DNA from: Betaproteobacteria bacterium
GTDB lineage: Bacteria; Pseudomonadota; Gammaproteobacteria; Burkholderiales; Burkholderiaceae_C
Length of the DNA: 64,000 nucleotides
Direction: 5' to 3'
NCBI GenBank assembly: GCA_016704535.1
Contig: JADIZZ010000007.1
Span: 223,866-287,865, forward strand
Within the stretch, counting starts at the first letter, position 1. Each line of letters starts with the position of its first letter. Shown here in pieces: positions 51,680-63,907 of the stretch. Both the position numbers and the translations under genes were made by a program. The notes beneath the pieces are model-generated. The model ran no database searches. It worked only from the letters and a program-made list of their open reading frames with translations, and was not told the origin of the DNA.

Positions 51680-51730
51680 GGGCGCGTGCGGAGCAGGAGC
51701 AATTCGATGTTATCGGCCTGCTGCGCCGCA

Positions 51731-53635
51731 TCATGAAAGCTGGGTGGCGTGATCCAGGGGAACCGTGAGCCGTATCACGGTCCCGCGGCCAGGGACGCTC
51801 TCTACCAGGCACTGGCCCTGCAGCTGCCTGGCGCGGTTCTTCATGCTGGCCAGGCCGTGGCCGCGGTCCAGACGGCCGTCGACCTCGCTGCCTATGCCTT
51901 CGCCGTTGTCCTGCACGATGAACTGGAAGTCGTCGTCGGTGATGTGGGCGTGCACCGTGCACTGCGTGGCGCCACTGTGCTTGATGATGTTGCTGGTAGC
52001 CTCGCGCAGGATGCGTGTCGTCTGTACGTAGGCCCGCGCGCTCAGCGTCTGCGGCAGGTCTTCCGGCGCATTCCAGTCGCCCTCGATGCCGGCCTGGCCC
52101 AGGCGCGAGACGATCTCGGCGCGCCAGTCGCCCAGCGCGTCGGCCAGCCTCACCGGCCGCCCGGTGAGGCCGCGCACGCTCAGCCGCATCTCTTCCAGCG
52201 CCTCGCGCGCCAGCGTGCTGATGCGTTCGCTGTCGCTGGTGTGAACGATGGTCAGCAGCTTGGCGCCCAGGTCGTCGTGCAGGTCGGCGGCGATGCGCTT
52301 GCGCTCCCGCTCGGTGACTTGCTCTACGCGCAACTCGGCCACCTGGCGGAAGTTGCGTTCGATCTCCAGCGTGACCTCGTGCACCCGCTGCTCGAGCGCG
52401 GCCTGGTCCTGTTCGGGCTGGGGCATCGGGCGGCCCTGCAGTTGCAGCAGTCGCAGCCCCACCAACGCGAAGATCGCCGGCACCAGGATGCGTGCCACGT
52501 GCGAGGCCAACGTCGGCGGCGAGGGTAGGCTGCCGGTCCATTGCGCCGCAAACTCGATGGCGCCGGCCAGGGTCACCGTTCCCAGCAGGCCGGCTGTCAG
52601 CCACCCTCCGCGGCCCCGGCGGTGGTGCTTCAGGTGCCACGCTGCGGCCGCCAGCACCTGGCCGGCGAGCAAGAAAACCCAGGCAGTGGCCACCGCGTGC
52701 AGCCGCTGCGGCCCCGCCAGCGCCAGCGACGCTGCCATCAGCGCACATTGCACGGGCAGACCGATGTCTGCGACGCGCTGGCGTGAGCCGGCATCACGCA
52801 GCAGGAACTGCACCGCCGCCCAGGTGATGAAGCCCAGCATCGTGCAGGCCAGCAACTCGGCTTCGAAATGCCCCAGCGGCATGCTTCCCAGCCAGGGCCG
52901 GCCGTTCAGCAACGCCCAGCCGACACACAGTGCACCAAAGTAGGCGACGTGGCTTTCTCGCCGGTTCATGAAGCCCAGCGCGACCATGTAGACGCCCAGC
53001 AGCAACAGCGTCGCACCGAGGGCTTGCGGCGCTGAAACCCGCAGCGTGGTCAGCCACGCATGGCGCGCGGCCAGTTCGGACTGCGGGCCCACCACCAAGT
53101 GCGAAAGCGCGCCGGCGCGCCGGCGTGAACCCACCTCGGCCAGCGGGTATCCGTCGAGCCGGATGTCGAGCACGTTGCCGCTGCCGCGCAGCAGCGCGGC
53201 AGGCAGCGTCACGAGCCGGGGGCGCTCGCAGTGGCGTGTGTCGGGCGCGCTCATGCGGTCGTCGCTGTGCAGCTTCTCCCCATTGAGGAAAACTTCAAGA
53301 TTGCTGCAGGCGTGTTCGATGAAGAGCGCCTGCATCTCGCCGCCGGGATCGGCGCCGGACAGGGGCGGCAACTCGGCGCGGTACCACAGCGGGCCGCGAC
53401 CGCCGGGATGTGTTTGGGCCCATTCGTCGGGCAGCGCTACCCGCTTTGCCGGCGCCGAGGCGGGGAAGGCCGCCCCGGTGCCGTAGGCACGCAACGCCGA
53501 CTCGATGCTCGATGTCTGCGCAGAGGCCACGGACCACAGCAAGCCCAGCAGCAATACCACCACGGCTCGCCAAGGCGCGGAACGCGCCACGGGAGCGCAG
53601 GAGTGGTCTGGTCTGGAGGGCATATCGCGGCGCAT
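51731..53635 (-). CDS. sensor histidine kinase with periplasmic domain, about 7 TM segments, and HisKA_3/HATPase_c (7TMR-DISM-like architecture)
   Basis: Tail of ORF 51731..53986. Start MRRDMPSRP at 53635 (alternative ATG 53623). H-box [15 protein letters not shown]-box [11 protein letters not shown]-box DNGEGI...GHGLASM. Confidence 0.85.
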   Translation of the reverse strand: MRRDMPSRPDHSCAPVARSAPWRAVVVLLLGLLWSVASAQTSSIESALRAYGTGAAFPASAPAKRVALPDEWAQTHPGGRGPLWYRAELPPLSGADPGGEMQALFIEHACSNLEVFLNGEKLHSDDRMSAPDTRHCERPRLVTLPAALLRGSGNVLDIRLDGYPLAEVGSRRRAGALSHLVVGPQSELAARHAWLTTLRVSAPQALGATLLLLGVYMVALGFMNRRESHVAYFGALCVGWALLNGRPWLGSMPLGHFEAELLACTMLGFITWAAVQFLLRDAGSRQRVADIGLPVQCALMAASLALAGPQRLHAVATAWVFLLAGQVLAAAAWHLKHHRRGRGGWLTAGLLGTVTLAGAIEFAAQWTGSLPSPPTLASHVARILVPAIFALVGLRLLQLQGRPMPQPEQDQAALEQRVHEVTLEIERNFRQVAELRVEQVTERERKRIAADLHDDLGAKLLTIVHTSDSERISTLAREALEEMRLSVRGLTGRPVRLADALGDWRAEIVSRLGQAGIEGDWNAPEDLPQTLSARAYVQTTRILREATSNIIKHSGATQCTVHAHITDDDFQFIVQDNGEGIGSEVDGRLDRGHGLASMKNRARQLQGQCLVESVPGRGTVIRLTVPLDHATQLS

Positions 53636-53712
53636 TTTGCATGTCGGCCTGGCGCAGCCCGCGCAGCGACAATGTGGGCTCGCGTGCTGATGCCGCGCCC
53701 GAAGCCACCCCC

Positions 53713-54696
53713 GTGATCCGTCGCCACGCTTTCGACAACGCCGACAACCGCCGCCTGGCCCACCTTTGCGGGCCGCTGGACGCACACTTGCGTGACATCG
53801 AAGGTGCCCTGGGCGTGACGCTGGCGCGGCGCGACGCCAGCTTCCGCATCGAAGGCCCGCGCGACGGAGTCGAGCGCACGGTGCGTTTGCTCGACGCGCT
53901 CTACGCCACCGCGGCCCATCCCATCGGCGAACGTGCGCTGCAACTCGCGCTGCTGAAGTACGCCGCCACCGTAGCCGGCGCGCCACAGGCGCCCACCGTG
54001 CACGGCGCAGCCGACGGTGAGGGCGACGTGGTGCTGCACACGCGCCATGCCGACCTGCGTGGCCGCACGCCCAACCAGATGCAGTACCTGCAGCAGATCC
54101 TGGCCCACGACATCACCTTCGGCATCGGTCCGGCTGGCACCGGCAAGACCTTTCTGGCCGTGGCCTGTGCGGTGGATGCGCTGGAGCGCCATGGTGTACA
54201 GCGCATCGTGCTCACGCGCCCCGCGGTGGAGGCCGGTGAACGACTGGGCTTCCTGCCCGGTGACCTGGCGCAGAAGGTCGACCCCTACCTGCGGCCGCTG
54301 TACGACGCGCTCTACGACCTGATGGGCTTCGACCGCGTCGCCAAGGCCTTCGACAAGGGCCTGATAGAGATCGCGCCGCTGGCCTTCATGCGCGGCAGAA
54401 CACTCAACCACGCCTTCGTCATCCTCGACGAGGCGCAGAACAGCACGCGAGAGCAGATGAAGATGTTCCTCACGCGCATCGGCTTCGGCAGCAAGTGCGT
54501 GGTGACCGGCGACGTCAGTCAGATCGACCTGCCCAAGCACACGGCCAGCGGCCTCATCGATGCCCACCGCGTGCTGCGCGGTGTCGAGGGCCTGGCCGTC
54601 ACCGAGTTCACCGCCGCCGACGTGGTGCGCCACCCGCTGGTGGCGCGCATCGTCGAGGCCTACGAGCGCCATCGCGCCGGCGAGGACGAGAGGTGA
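53713..54696 (+). CDS. phoH: PhoH-family ATPase (YbeZ-like)
   Basis: Tail of ORF 53410..54696. GTG 53713 (alternative ATG 53641). [25 protein letters not shown], Walker [17 protein letters not shown]. Confidence 0.9.
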   Translation: MIRRHAFDNADNRRLAHLCGPLDAHLRDIEGALGVTLARRDASFRIEGPRDGVERTVRLLDALYATAAHPIGERALQLALLKYAATVAGAPQAPTVHGAADGEGDVVLHTRHADLRGRTPNQMQYLQQILAHDITFGIGPAGTGKTFLAVACAVDALERHGVQRIVLTRPAVEAGERLGFLPGDLAQKVDPYLRPLYDALYDLMGFDRVAKAFDKGLIEIAPLAFMRGRTLNHAFVILDEAQNSTREQMKMFLTRIGFGSKCVVTGDVSQIDLPKHTASGLIDAHRVLRGVEGLAVTEFTAADVVRHPLVARIVEAYERHRAGEDER

Positions 54697-55148
54697 AGGC
54701 CGCGCTGCCCGCCCTGCAGCTATCGCTGCAGTTCGCCGATGCGCGCCACCGTACGCAACTGCCGCGCCACCGCGTCGCGCGTTGCGTGCGTGCGACGCTG
54801 CAGGTGCCGGGCGAGATCACCGTGCGCATCGTCGGTGCCGACGAGGGCCGGGCGCTGAACCGCGACTACCGCGGCAAGGACTACGCCACCAACGTGCTGA
54901 CCTTCGACTACGCCCATGAGCCCGTCGTGGTGGCAGACCTGGTGATCTGCGCGCCGGTGGTGGAAGCCGAAGCGCGTCAACAGGGGTTGCCGCTCGAGGC
55001 CCACTACGCGCACCTTCTGGTGCACGGCACGCTGCACGCGCAGGGCTACGAGCACGACGGCGTACCCGAGGCCGAGGCGGCGGCGATGGAAGCCCGCGAG
55101 ACGGCCATCCTGGCCAGCCTGGGCGTCGCCGACCCCTACCCGCGCTGA
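54693..55148 (+). CDS. ybeY: rRNA maturation RNase YbeY
   Basis: GTG overlaps the phoH stop (GTGA). Metal motif [16 protein letters not shown]. Confidence 0.92.
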   Translation: MKAALPALQLSLQFADARHRTQLPRHRVARCVRATLQVPGEITVRIVGADEGRALNRDYRGKDYATNVLTFDYAHEPVVVADLVICAPVVEAEARQQGLPLEAHYAHLLVHGTLHAQGYEHDGVPEAEAAAMEARETAILASLGVADPYPR

Positions 55149-55180
55149 AGCACTCGATCAAGCTTCCCGCCACGGAACCG

Positions 55181-55220
55181 GCTCCGCCGGGCCGTTGGCG
55201 GAGCATCCCCCTCCGGGGGG
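55181..55220. other. two GC-rich hairpins between convergent ybeY and upp (possible terminators without a U-tract)
   Basis: gctccgcc/gggccgtt/ggcggagc (55181-55204) and ccccc/tcc(g)/ggggg (55207-55220). No flanking T-run on either strand. Confidence 0.35.
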
Positions 55221-55247
55221 TAGCGAGCGCCAGCGAGCTTGGGGGCC

Positions 55248-55886
<639 letters not shown>

Positions 55887-55918
55887 CGTCGGGTCTCTGG
55901 CGGGGTGAGATCTGGAAG

Positions 55919-57203
55919 CTAGAACAGCGTGCCGTCGCTCTCGATCTTCAGCGGCGGTGCACCGTCGGGGCGCAGTTCGCTGGCGATCTCGCGCCCGGCT
56001 GCCCAGGTGCCGCCTTCCAGGATGCAGGCCAGCGGCAGTTCCTCGGCGGTCTTGCCGAGCTGTTCGCGCACCCGCACGGCCAGCTCGTCCAGCAGTGCGA
56101 CGGTGAGCGCGCGCCACTCGACGATGAAGTCGTCCTGCGCTTTCCAGCTGCGGGTGAGCGCGCGCGGGTCGCGCGGCACGATGACGCCGCCGTCGATGAA
56201 CAGGCCGCCGTTGCGGTACTCGGGCAGGCCGGTCAGCTCGTCGAGGTCGGTGACCCGCACGCCGGCCCATTGCAGCGGCTCCAGCAGCGAGTAGCTCAGC
56301 CACTGGCCGAGCTTGTGGAAGGGCACGTAGCCACCGGTCGTGGGGTCATGGTCGGCGCCGGCGCCTCTGCCGGTGGCGTCACCGGCCCAGCGGTGGGGCC
56401 AGACGTCGCCCGCGGGCAGCCCCTGCACGCGGCTGCCGGCCGTCCAGATCGGGCCCAGAACGCGCAACACTTCCCCCAGCACGGCGGCCGCGCTGACCTC
56501 GGTGCGGGTGCCGTTGTCGGTGAGACGGTCGTAGAGCAGGCCCGGGCGTGCGTTGCCGCCGACCCTTGCGCCTTCCTCGCGCAAAGCCGCGCCCAGTCGC
56601 ACCAGCAGCCCGGTGCGGCCCTCCAGGCCCACCACCGGGTTGGCCGGGCTGCTCTGGAGCAGGGTGCGCAGTGTGCTGACGTCGAGGTGTTCCAGCACGG
56701 CCGCATCGGCACGCAGCGGGTCGCCCGCCGTGGCCGAGAACGTGCCGTTCAGGAAGCCATGCCAGGTAGCCACGCCGAGGCCCTCGGAGCGCTGCAGCAC
56801 GAGGTCGGTGCCGGGTTCCGTGTAGCGCCACGATGTCCCGGCACCCGCATCCAGCAGTACGCTCACCACCGTGAGGTCGAAGCGCGCCCTTGCCGCGTCG
56901 GCCACGCTGCGGCCCTGCAGCAGCGCGTCGAGCACCGGCTTGCGGTCGATGTCGCCGGCCTCGAAGTGCCGCCAGCGGCTGTGGTACGGGATGTTCAGGT
57001 CGGGAAAGCGCTTCAGCGTCAGCGCCACCACCCGCGCGGCCACCGCGGGCAGCGCACGGCGGTCGATGGTGAAGTACTCGCTGACGTTGTCGTCGGCTGC
57101 GCGCAGGATGGCCGCGCAGCGCGAGCGTATGGTGCCCGGGTCGCGCAACAGCGCCAGCGGGTGGCGCTTGTCGGGCGCGACTTTCAGCAAGGCCCGGCGT
57201 TCT

Positions 57204-57217
<14 letters not shown>
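55919..57217 (-). CDS. URC4/urg3 family protein (DUF1688)
   Basis: 432 aa, GTG start. [33 protein letters not shown]...[11 protein letters not shown]...[10 protein letters not shown] is recalled as the DUF1688/URC4 pattern. Not verified by HMM. Confidence 0.7.
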
Positions 57218-58453
<1,236 letters not shown>

Positions 58454-58457
<4 letters not shown>

Positions 58458-59353
58458 GGCATCGCGCGGGGCGTAAGGGCCGGAAGATACGCTAGACCGC
58501 GCACCGGCAGCCTGGCGCTGCGCTGCAGCCAGTTCTCGGCCGCGTAGACGGCGGTGCCGTCGGTGACGTGCAGCGTATAGGCCAGCCGGCTCTTCGGGCT
58601 GCGGTTGGGCGGGCTGTAATGCGGCAGCAGGCCAGGGAAGACGACCAGCGTGCCGGCCGCCACCGGCAGCGGCCGCGCCTCGTCGGTCGTCGGCCACGGG
58701 GTGCTGTCCAGCGCGCGCATCACCAGGCGCGGTGCGCTGCCATCCGCCGGGCGTTCACAGGCGTATTGCTCGCGCAGCACGCTGCCCGGTCCACGGTGGC
58801 CGCCGGGCTGCACCCACAGGCAGCCGTTGTCGAGTGTGGCGTCCTCCAGCGCGAACCACAAGGTGATCACCGTCTGCGGCGTGGTGACGAAGAAGCTCGC
58901 GTCCTGGTGCCAGCCGACCTCGCCGCCGATGTGCGGCTGCTTGAAGATGACCTGGCTTTGCCAGACCTGCGGCTGCTCCAGGCCGAGGTCGGCGGCCAGT
59001 TCAGCCAGCGCCGGGCCGTGCGAGAAGGCGTCGAAGACCGGGTCGCGGTCGTGCAGGGCGTGGCCGATCTTGTTGATGCTCAGCGCCTTGGGCACACGCA
59101 GCCGGCCGGCGTCGTCCAGCGCCTCCTCCTCGAAGAAGCAGTGCACGGCTTCGGCCGAAGCCAGCAGCGCGGCGTCGGAGAGCTGGCTGCGGTCGCGCGT
59201 GGAAAAGCGGCTGCTGTGCGCGCCGGGCTCGAAGGCGGCGACGATCTCGTGGGCACGCCGGCAGGCCGCCGCCAGTTCGTCGGCGTGCTTGAAGCCAGGC
59301 AGCACCAGGAAACCGTCGCGGTGCCAAGTCTCGATCTGGGTGGGGCTCAGCAT
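58454..59353 (-). CDS. phytanoyl-CoA dioxygenase (PhyH) family Fe(II)/2-oxoglutarate oxygenase
   Basis: MLSPTQIETWHRDGFLVLPGF...GWHQDASFF (HxD)...LPHYSPPNRS. The stop overlaps the URC1 start (ATGA at 58454-58457). Confidence 0.85.
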
Positions 59354-59453
59354 GTGTTGCGTGCAGGCATCGAACGGTCGGTGAAGGGCGCAGCCGGTTC
59401 CTGGTTTTCACCAAGTTCGACGGGGCGGCGCGGCATCATCCGATGCTATTCGC

Positions 59454-59480
59454 CCGGCCAGGGTCCTGGTCCCTGGCCGG
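59454..59480 (+). promoter_or_regulatory. perfect 10-bp inverted repeat in the phyH / TonB-receptor divergent spacer
   Basis: ccggccaggg (59454-59463) / tcctggt / ccctggccgg (59471-59480), about 40 nt upstream of the receptor ATG. No U-tract follows. Confidence 0.45.
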
Positions 59481-59521
59481 CGCGATCCACCCCACGCCGC
59501 ATTCCCTCATCTTCCGGAGTT

Positions 59522-61807
59522 ATGCCCATGTCCGCTGTCCGCACCGCCCTTGGCTTGCCCACCGTCCCCGTGCACCACGCGCTGGCCGCTGCCGCGCTGG
59601 TGCTGCTGAGCGGCAGCGCCGCCGCGCAGGCCAGCGGCGGCCAGCTGCAGACCATCACCGTCACCGCCGAGCGCCGGCTCGAGAACATCCGAGACGTGCC
59701 CAGTTCGGTGAGCGCGCTGCAGGGCGAGATGCTTGAGGTGCTGAACAGCGGCGGCCAGGACATCCGTCTGCTCGCCGGCCGCGTGCCCAGCCTGAACATC
59801 GAATCGTCCTTCGGACGCGCCTTCCCGCGCTTCTACATCCGCGGCATCGGCAACACCGACTTCGACCTGAATGCCAGTCAGCCGGTTAGCCTGGTCTACG
59901 ACGACGTGGTGCAGGAGAACCCCATCCTGAAGGGCTTCCCGATCTTCGACATGGAGCGTATCGAGGTGCTCAACGGCCCGCAGGGCACGCTCTTCGGCCG
60001 CAACTCGCCGGCTGGCGTGGTGAAGTTCGAGTCGGTCAAGCCGGGCAAGAAGTTCGAGGGTTATGCGCTGGCCAGCCTGGGCCGCTTCACGGCGTTGAAT
60101 GTCGAGGGTGCGGTGAACGTGCCGCTGTCGCCCACCGTTTCGCTGCGCGTGGCCGCGCAGTCGCAGAACCGCGACGATTGGGTGAAGAACGCCAACGCGG
60201 CGGGCCCAACGCGTGAACTCGAGGGCTACAACGACAACGCCGCCCGCGTGCAGCTGCTGTGGTCGCCGAGCAAGGACTTCAGCGCGCTGGCCAACCTGCA
60301 CACGCGCGATCTGAAGGGCTCGGCGCGCGTCTTCCGCGCCAACATCATCCAGCCAGGCACCAACAACCTGGTGGCCGGCTTCGACGAACGCACGGTCACC
60401 CAGGACGGCATCAACAGCCAGGACGTCAAGAACACCGGCGGCAGCCTGCGCCTGCGCTGGGACATGGGCAACGGCATGGCGCTGAACAGCATCACCGGCT
60501 ACGAGACGGTGGAGTCGCTGAGCCGCGGCGACATCGACGGCGGTTTCGGCGCCAGCTTCCTGGGTGCGGGCAACTTCGGCCCCGGCTTCATCCCCTTCGA
60601 TGCCGAGTCGGCCGATGGCATGCCCAAGCACAAGCAGTTCACGCAGGAACTGCGCCTGGAAAGCACCACCGCCGGTGCGCTGCAGTGGCTGGCCGGTCTG
60701 TACTACTTCGACGAGCAGTTGAAGATCGACAGCTTCAACTACAGCAGCATCGGCGGCAACACGCTCAACGGCCTGGCGCGCCAGGACCAGGACAACAAGG
60801 CCTACGCGCTCTTCGGCAGCGTGAACCTGGAGGTGAGCCCGCAGCTCAAGCTGCGCGGCGGCCTGCGCTACACGAAGGACGAGAAGGACTTCTATGCCGA
60901 CCGCCTGATCGCGCCGCCCTTCAGCCCCACCTTCATCGGCCGCCGCACGGCCGAGACCAGCGCCACCAACACCAGCGGCGATTTCAGCGTCACCTACGCG
61001 CTGGACAAGACGACCAACGTCTATGGCCGCGTGGCCACGGGCTTCCGCGCCCCGGCCATCCAGGGTCGGCTGCTCTTCGGCGATACCTTGTCGGTGGCCA
61101 AGAGCGAGAAGGTCACGTCCTACGAAGCCGGCGTGAAGGCCGACCTGATGAACGGCCGCGCGCGCGTCTCGGCCGCCATCTTCAACTACACCATCAAGGA
61201 CCAGCAGCTCACCGCGGTGGGCGGCGCGGCCAACTTCAACCAGCTCGTCAACGCCGCCAAGACCGCCGGCCAGGGCTTCGAGTTCAACACGCAGTGGCTG
61301 GCCACCGAGAACCTGCTGTTCACCCTGGGCGGCAGCGTCAACAAGACGAAGATCAAGGACCCCGGCCTGCGTGTCGACGCCTGCGGCAGCGGCTGCACGG
61401 TGAACGACCCCATCACCGCGCCCATCGACCCCTCGATCGGCAAGTTCGCCCCCACGGTGTCCATCGACGGCAACCCGCTGCCGCAGGCGCCGAAGACGAC
61501 GCTGAACTTCACCGCGCGCTACAGCATGCCGGTGGCCGGCGGCGACCTGGTGTTGCTGACCGACGTGGTCTACCGCAGCAAGATCAACTTCTTCCTCTAC
61601 GAGAGCACCGAGTTCACCGGCAAGGCGCTGACCGAGGTGGGCGTGCGCGCCGGCTACAACTTCGGCAACGGCAAGTACGAGGCCGCGGCCTTCGTGCGCA
61701 ACCTGGCCGACACCATCCGCGTGGTGGGTGGCATCGACTTCAACAACCTCACCGGCTTCATCAACGAGCCGCGCACCTTCGGCGTTTCCTTCAAGGCGAA
61801 CTTCTGA
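59522..61807 (+). CDS. TonB-dependent outer-membrane receptor
   Basis: Last 761 codons of ORF 58568..61807. GGAG lies 3 nt upstream of ATG 59522. Signal peptide ends in AAAQA. Plug motifs TVTAERR...DVPSSVS, IEVLNGPQGTLFGRNSPAGVV; C-terminal FGVSFKANF. Confidence 0.92.
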   Translation: MPMSAVRTALGLPTVPVHHALAAAALVLLSGSAAAQASGGQLQTITVTAERRLENIRDVPSSVSALQGEMLEVLNSGGQDIRLLAGRVPSLNIESSFGRAFPRFYIRGIGNTDFDLNASQPVSLVYDDVVQENPILKGFPIFDMERIEVLNGPQGTLFGRNSPAGVVKFESVKPGKKFEGYALASLGRFTALNVEGAVNVPLSPTVSLRVAAQSQNRDDWVKNANAAGPTRELEGYNDNAARVQLLWSPSKDFSALANLHTRDLKGSARVFRANIIQPGTNNLVAGFDERTVTQDGINSQDVKNTGGSLRLRWDMGNGMALNSITGYETVESLSRGDIDGGFGASFLGAGNFGPGFIPFDAESADGMPKHKQFTQELRLESTTAGALQWLAGLYYFDEQLKIDSFNYSSIGGNTLNGLARQDQDNKAYALFGSVNLEVSPQLKLRGGLRYTKDEKDFYADRLIAPPFSPTFIGRRTAETSATNTSGDFSVTYALDKTTNVYGRVATGFRAPAIQGRLLFGDTLSVAKSEKVTSYEAGVKADLMNGRARVSAAIFNYTIKDQQLTAVGGAANFNQLVNAAKTAGQGFEFNTQWLATENLLFTLGGSVNKTKIKDPGLRVDACGSGCTVNDPITAPIDPSIGKFAPTVSIDGNPLPQAPKTTLNFTARYSMPVAGGDLVLLTDVVYRSKINFFLYESTEFTGKALTEVGVRAGYNFGNGKYEAAAFVRNLADTIRVVGGIDFNNLTGFINEPRTFGVSFKANF

Positions 61808-61809
61808 CG

Positions 61810-62772
61810 ATGAGGGCTGCTCTGGCGGCGGCCGTGCTGGCCGCCTGGGCCGCCGTGGCCCAGGCGCAGCCGGCGATCATCTTCGAGCTCGGCGGCAAGA
61901 ACGACAAGAGTTTCGGCACCGCCGCCTGGGAGGGCGCCGAGCGCTGGAAGAAGGCCAGCGGCAAGCCCTATCTCGAATTCGAGATCGCCAATGCCGCGCA
62001 GCGCGAACAGGCCGCGCGGCGGTTCGCGCAGCGCGGCGCCAACCCCATCGTCGGCGTCGGCTTCCCGCAGGCCAGCAGCATCGAGGCCGTGGCGCGCGAG
62101 TTTCCGAAGCTGAACTTCGCCATCGTCGACATGGTGGTGGCGCTGCCCAACGTGCAGAGCTTCGTCTACCGCGAACACGAAGGCGCCTTCCTGGCCGGGC
62201 AGCTGGCGGCGCTGGCCAGCAAGACCGGCAAGCTGGGCTTCGTCGGCGGGCAGGACATCCCGCTGGTGCGCAAGGTGCTCTGCGGCTACGAGCAGGGCGC
62301 GAAGTACGCCAACCCGAAGGTGCAGGTGATCAGCGCCATGACCGGCACCACCAACGCCGCCTGGACCGACCCCGCGCGCGGCGCCGAACTCACGCGCACG
62401 CAGGCTGCGCAGGGAGCCGACGTGATCTTCGCCGCCGCCGGCACCACCGGCCTGGGGGTGCTGCAGGCCGCGGCCGACCTCGGGCTGCTGGGCATCGGCG
62501 TCGACAGCAACCAGAACGGCTTGCACCCGGGGCGCATGCTCACGTCGATGCTCAAGCGCACCGACGTCGCGGTGTTCCAGGCCTTCAGCGGCGTGCAGCC
62601 AGGCATCACCTCGCTGGGGCTGAAGGAAGGCGGGCTCGACCTGGCCTACGATGAGCACAACGCCAGGCTGGTGACGCCCGAGATGCGGCGCCGGGTCGAG
62701 GCCGCCAAGGCCGACATCGTGGCCGGGCGCATCCAGGTCATCGACTACACGGCGGCGATGGCCTGCAGGTGA
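61810..62772 (+). CDS. BMP-family (PnrA/Med-like) periplasmic nucleoside/sugar-binding protein, with no adjacent ABC partners
   Basis: Tail of ORF 60259..62772. ATG lies 2 nt after the receptor stop. Signal peptide [30 protein letters not shown]...GFVGG...GIGVDSNQ. Confidence 0.8.
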   Translation: MRAALAAAVLAAWAAVAQAQPAIIFELGGKNDKSFGTAAWEGAERWKKASGKPYLEFEIANAAQREQAARRFAQRGANPIVGVGFPQASSIEAVAREFPKLNFAIVDMVVALPNVQSFVYREHEGAFLAGQLAALASKTGKLGFVGGQDIPLVRKVLCGYEQGAKYANPKVQVISAMTGTTNAAWTDPARGAELTRTQAAQGADVIFAAAGTTGLGVLQAAADLGLLGIGVDSNQNGLHPGRMLTSMLKRTDVAVFQAFSGVQPGITSLGLKEGGLDLAYDEHNARLVTPEMRRRVEAAKADIVAGRIQVIDYTAAMACR

Positions 62773-62797
62773 ACTGAACGCCCTAGACTGCGCGCCG

Positions 62798-63463
62798 ATG
62801 CGCATCCTGCCACTGGGCCGCCGCCCCTACGCCGAGACCGAAGCCGCGATGCGCGCCTTCACGGCCGCGCGCACGACCGACACCGAAGACGAACTCTGGC
62901 TCGTCGAGCACGAGCCCGTCTTTACGCAGGGCATCGCCGGCCGCGAGGCGCATGTGCTGGCCGCCGGCGACATCCCGGTCGTGCGCACCGACCGCGGCGG
63001 CCAGGTCACCTTCCACGGCCCGGGGCAGGTGGTGGCCTACCCGCTGCTGGACCTGAAACGCCTGGGCATCTTCGTCAAGGAATACGTCTTTCGCATCGAG
63101 GAAGCGGTGATCGAGACGCTGTGGGCCAGCGGCGGCGTGGTCGGTCACCGCGTGCGCGGTGCGCCGGGCATTTATGTGCGGCTCGACGACCCGTTCAGCC
63201 ACGCACGCCTGGTCACCGCCAGCCTCGACCCCTTCGCCGGCCTGGGCAAGATCGCCGCTCTCGGCATCAAGATCAGCCGCCACTGCAGCTACCACGGTGT
63301 GGCGCTGAACGTCGCGATGGACCTGGAGCCTTTCACTCGCATCGACCCATGCGGCTACGCCGGCCTGCGCACGGTGGACCTGCGCACGCTGGGCGTGCAG
63401 GCGGCGTGTGACGAGGTGGCGGCGCAGTTGGCGCAGCAGCTTCGCGCGAGGCTCGCGGCCTGA
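62798..63463 (+). CDS. lipB: lipoyl(octanoyl) transferase
   Basis: [13 protein letters not shown]...[12 protein letters not shown]...[17 protein letters not shown]. Confidence 0.95.
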   Translation: MRILPLGRRPYAETEAAMRAFTAARTTDTEDELWLVEHEPVFTQGIAGREAHVLAAGDIPVVRTDRGGQVTFHGPGQVVAYPLLDLKRLGIFVKEYVFRIEEAVIETLWASGGVVGHRVRGAPGIYVRLDDPFSHARLVTASLDPFAGLGKIAALGIKISRHCSYHGVALNVAMDLEPFTRIDPCGYAGLRTVDLRTLGVQAACDEVAAQLAQQLRARLAA

Positions 63464-63550
63464 AGTGATCTTGCGCGCATAGACGGGCGTGTGAGCGGCG
63501 TCGAACGGCCATCAGCGGCCGGTCGGCCAGCGGCCAAGCAGTCGTTCGGA

Positions 63551-63907
63551 TCAGCCTTGAGGGCCGAGGCGCGTTGCCATGCAGTTCACCGCCTCGGCTA
63601 GCGCTGGCAAGTCTTGCTCGACGACCAGCCAGACCGCCCCGAGATCAACGCCCAGGTAGCCATGCACGATCACGTTGCGAAACCCAGCGAGTTCGCGCCA
63701 TGGGATCTGCGGCTCGGTGCCCCTGATCTCGCTCGACTAGCGTTGGCTGGACTCGGCCAAGGTCTGAAGATTGCGGATCACAGCGTCTTGCACCAGACGC
63801 GAAGCGTCGAAGCGGAAGCGTTCGGCGTTCGTGTACTCGAGGATCCGGTCCAGGCAGTCGCGCATATGCGCCAACAACACCCGGTCCGCCTCGGGGCCCG
63901 GATTCAC
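63551..63907 (-). pseudogene. hepT: HepT (DUF86, HEPN-domain) toxin gene with an in-frame TAG
   Basis: Manual translation: (GTG)NPGPEADRVLLAHMRDCLDRILEYTN...VQDAVIRNLQTLAESSQR*SSEIRGTEPQIPWRELAGFRNVIVHGYLGVD...PQG*. The TAG lies at 63737-63739, upstream of the Rx4H motif RNVIVH. The GTGA start overlaps the upstream MNT stop. Confidence 0.75.

Noticed and set aside
48651-52748. 1,365-aa minus-strand ORF, the longest in the track
   Set aside because: It runs antisense through the DNA ligase gene and out of frame through the response regulator and kinase genes. The sequence is dominated by R/A/G/P. The real genes explain the region.
59354-59521. Riboswitch upstream of the TonB-dependent receptor (cobalamin or TPP type)
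   Set aside because: I could not find the conserved B12-box or TPP core sequences. Only a simple inverted repeat is present, and that is reported separately.
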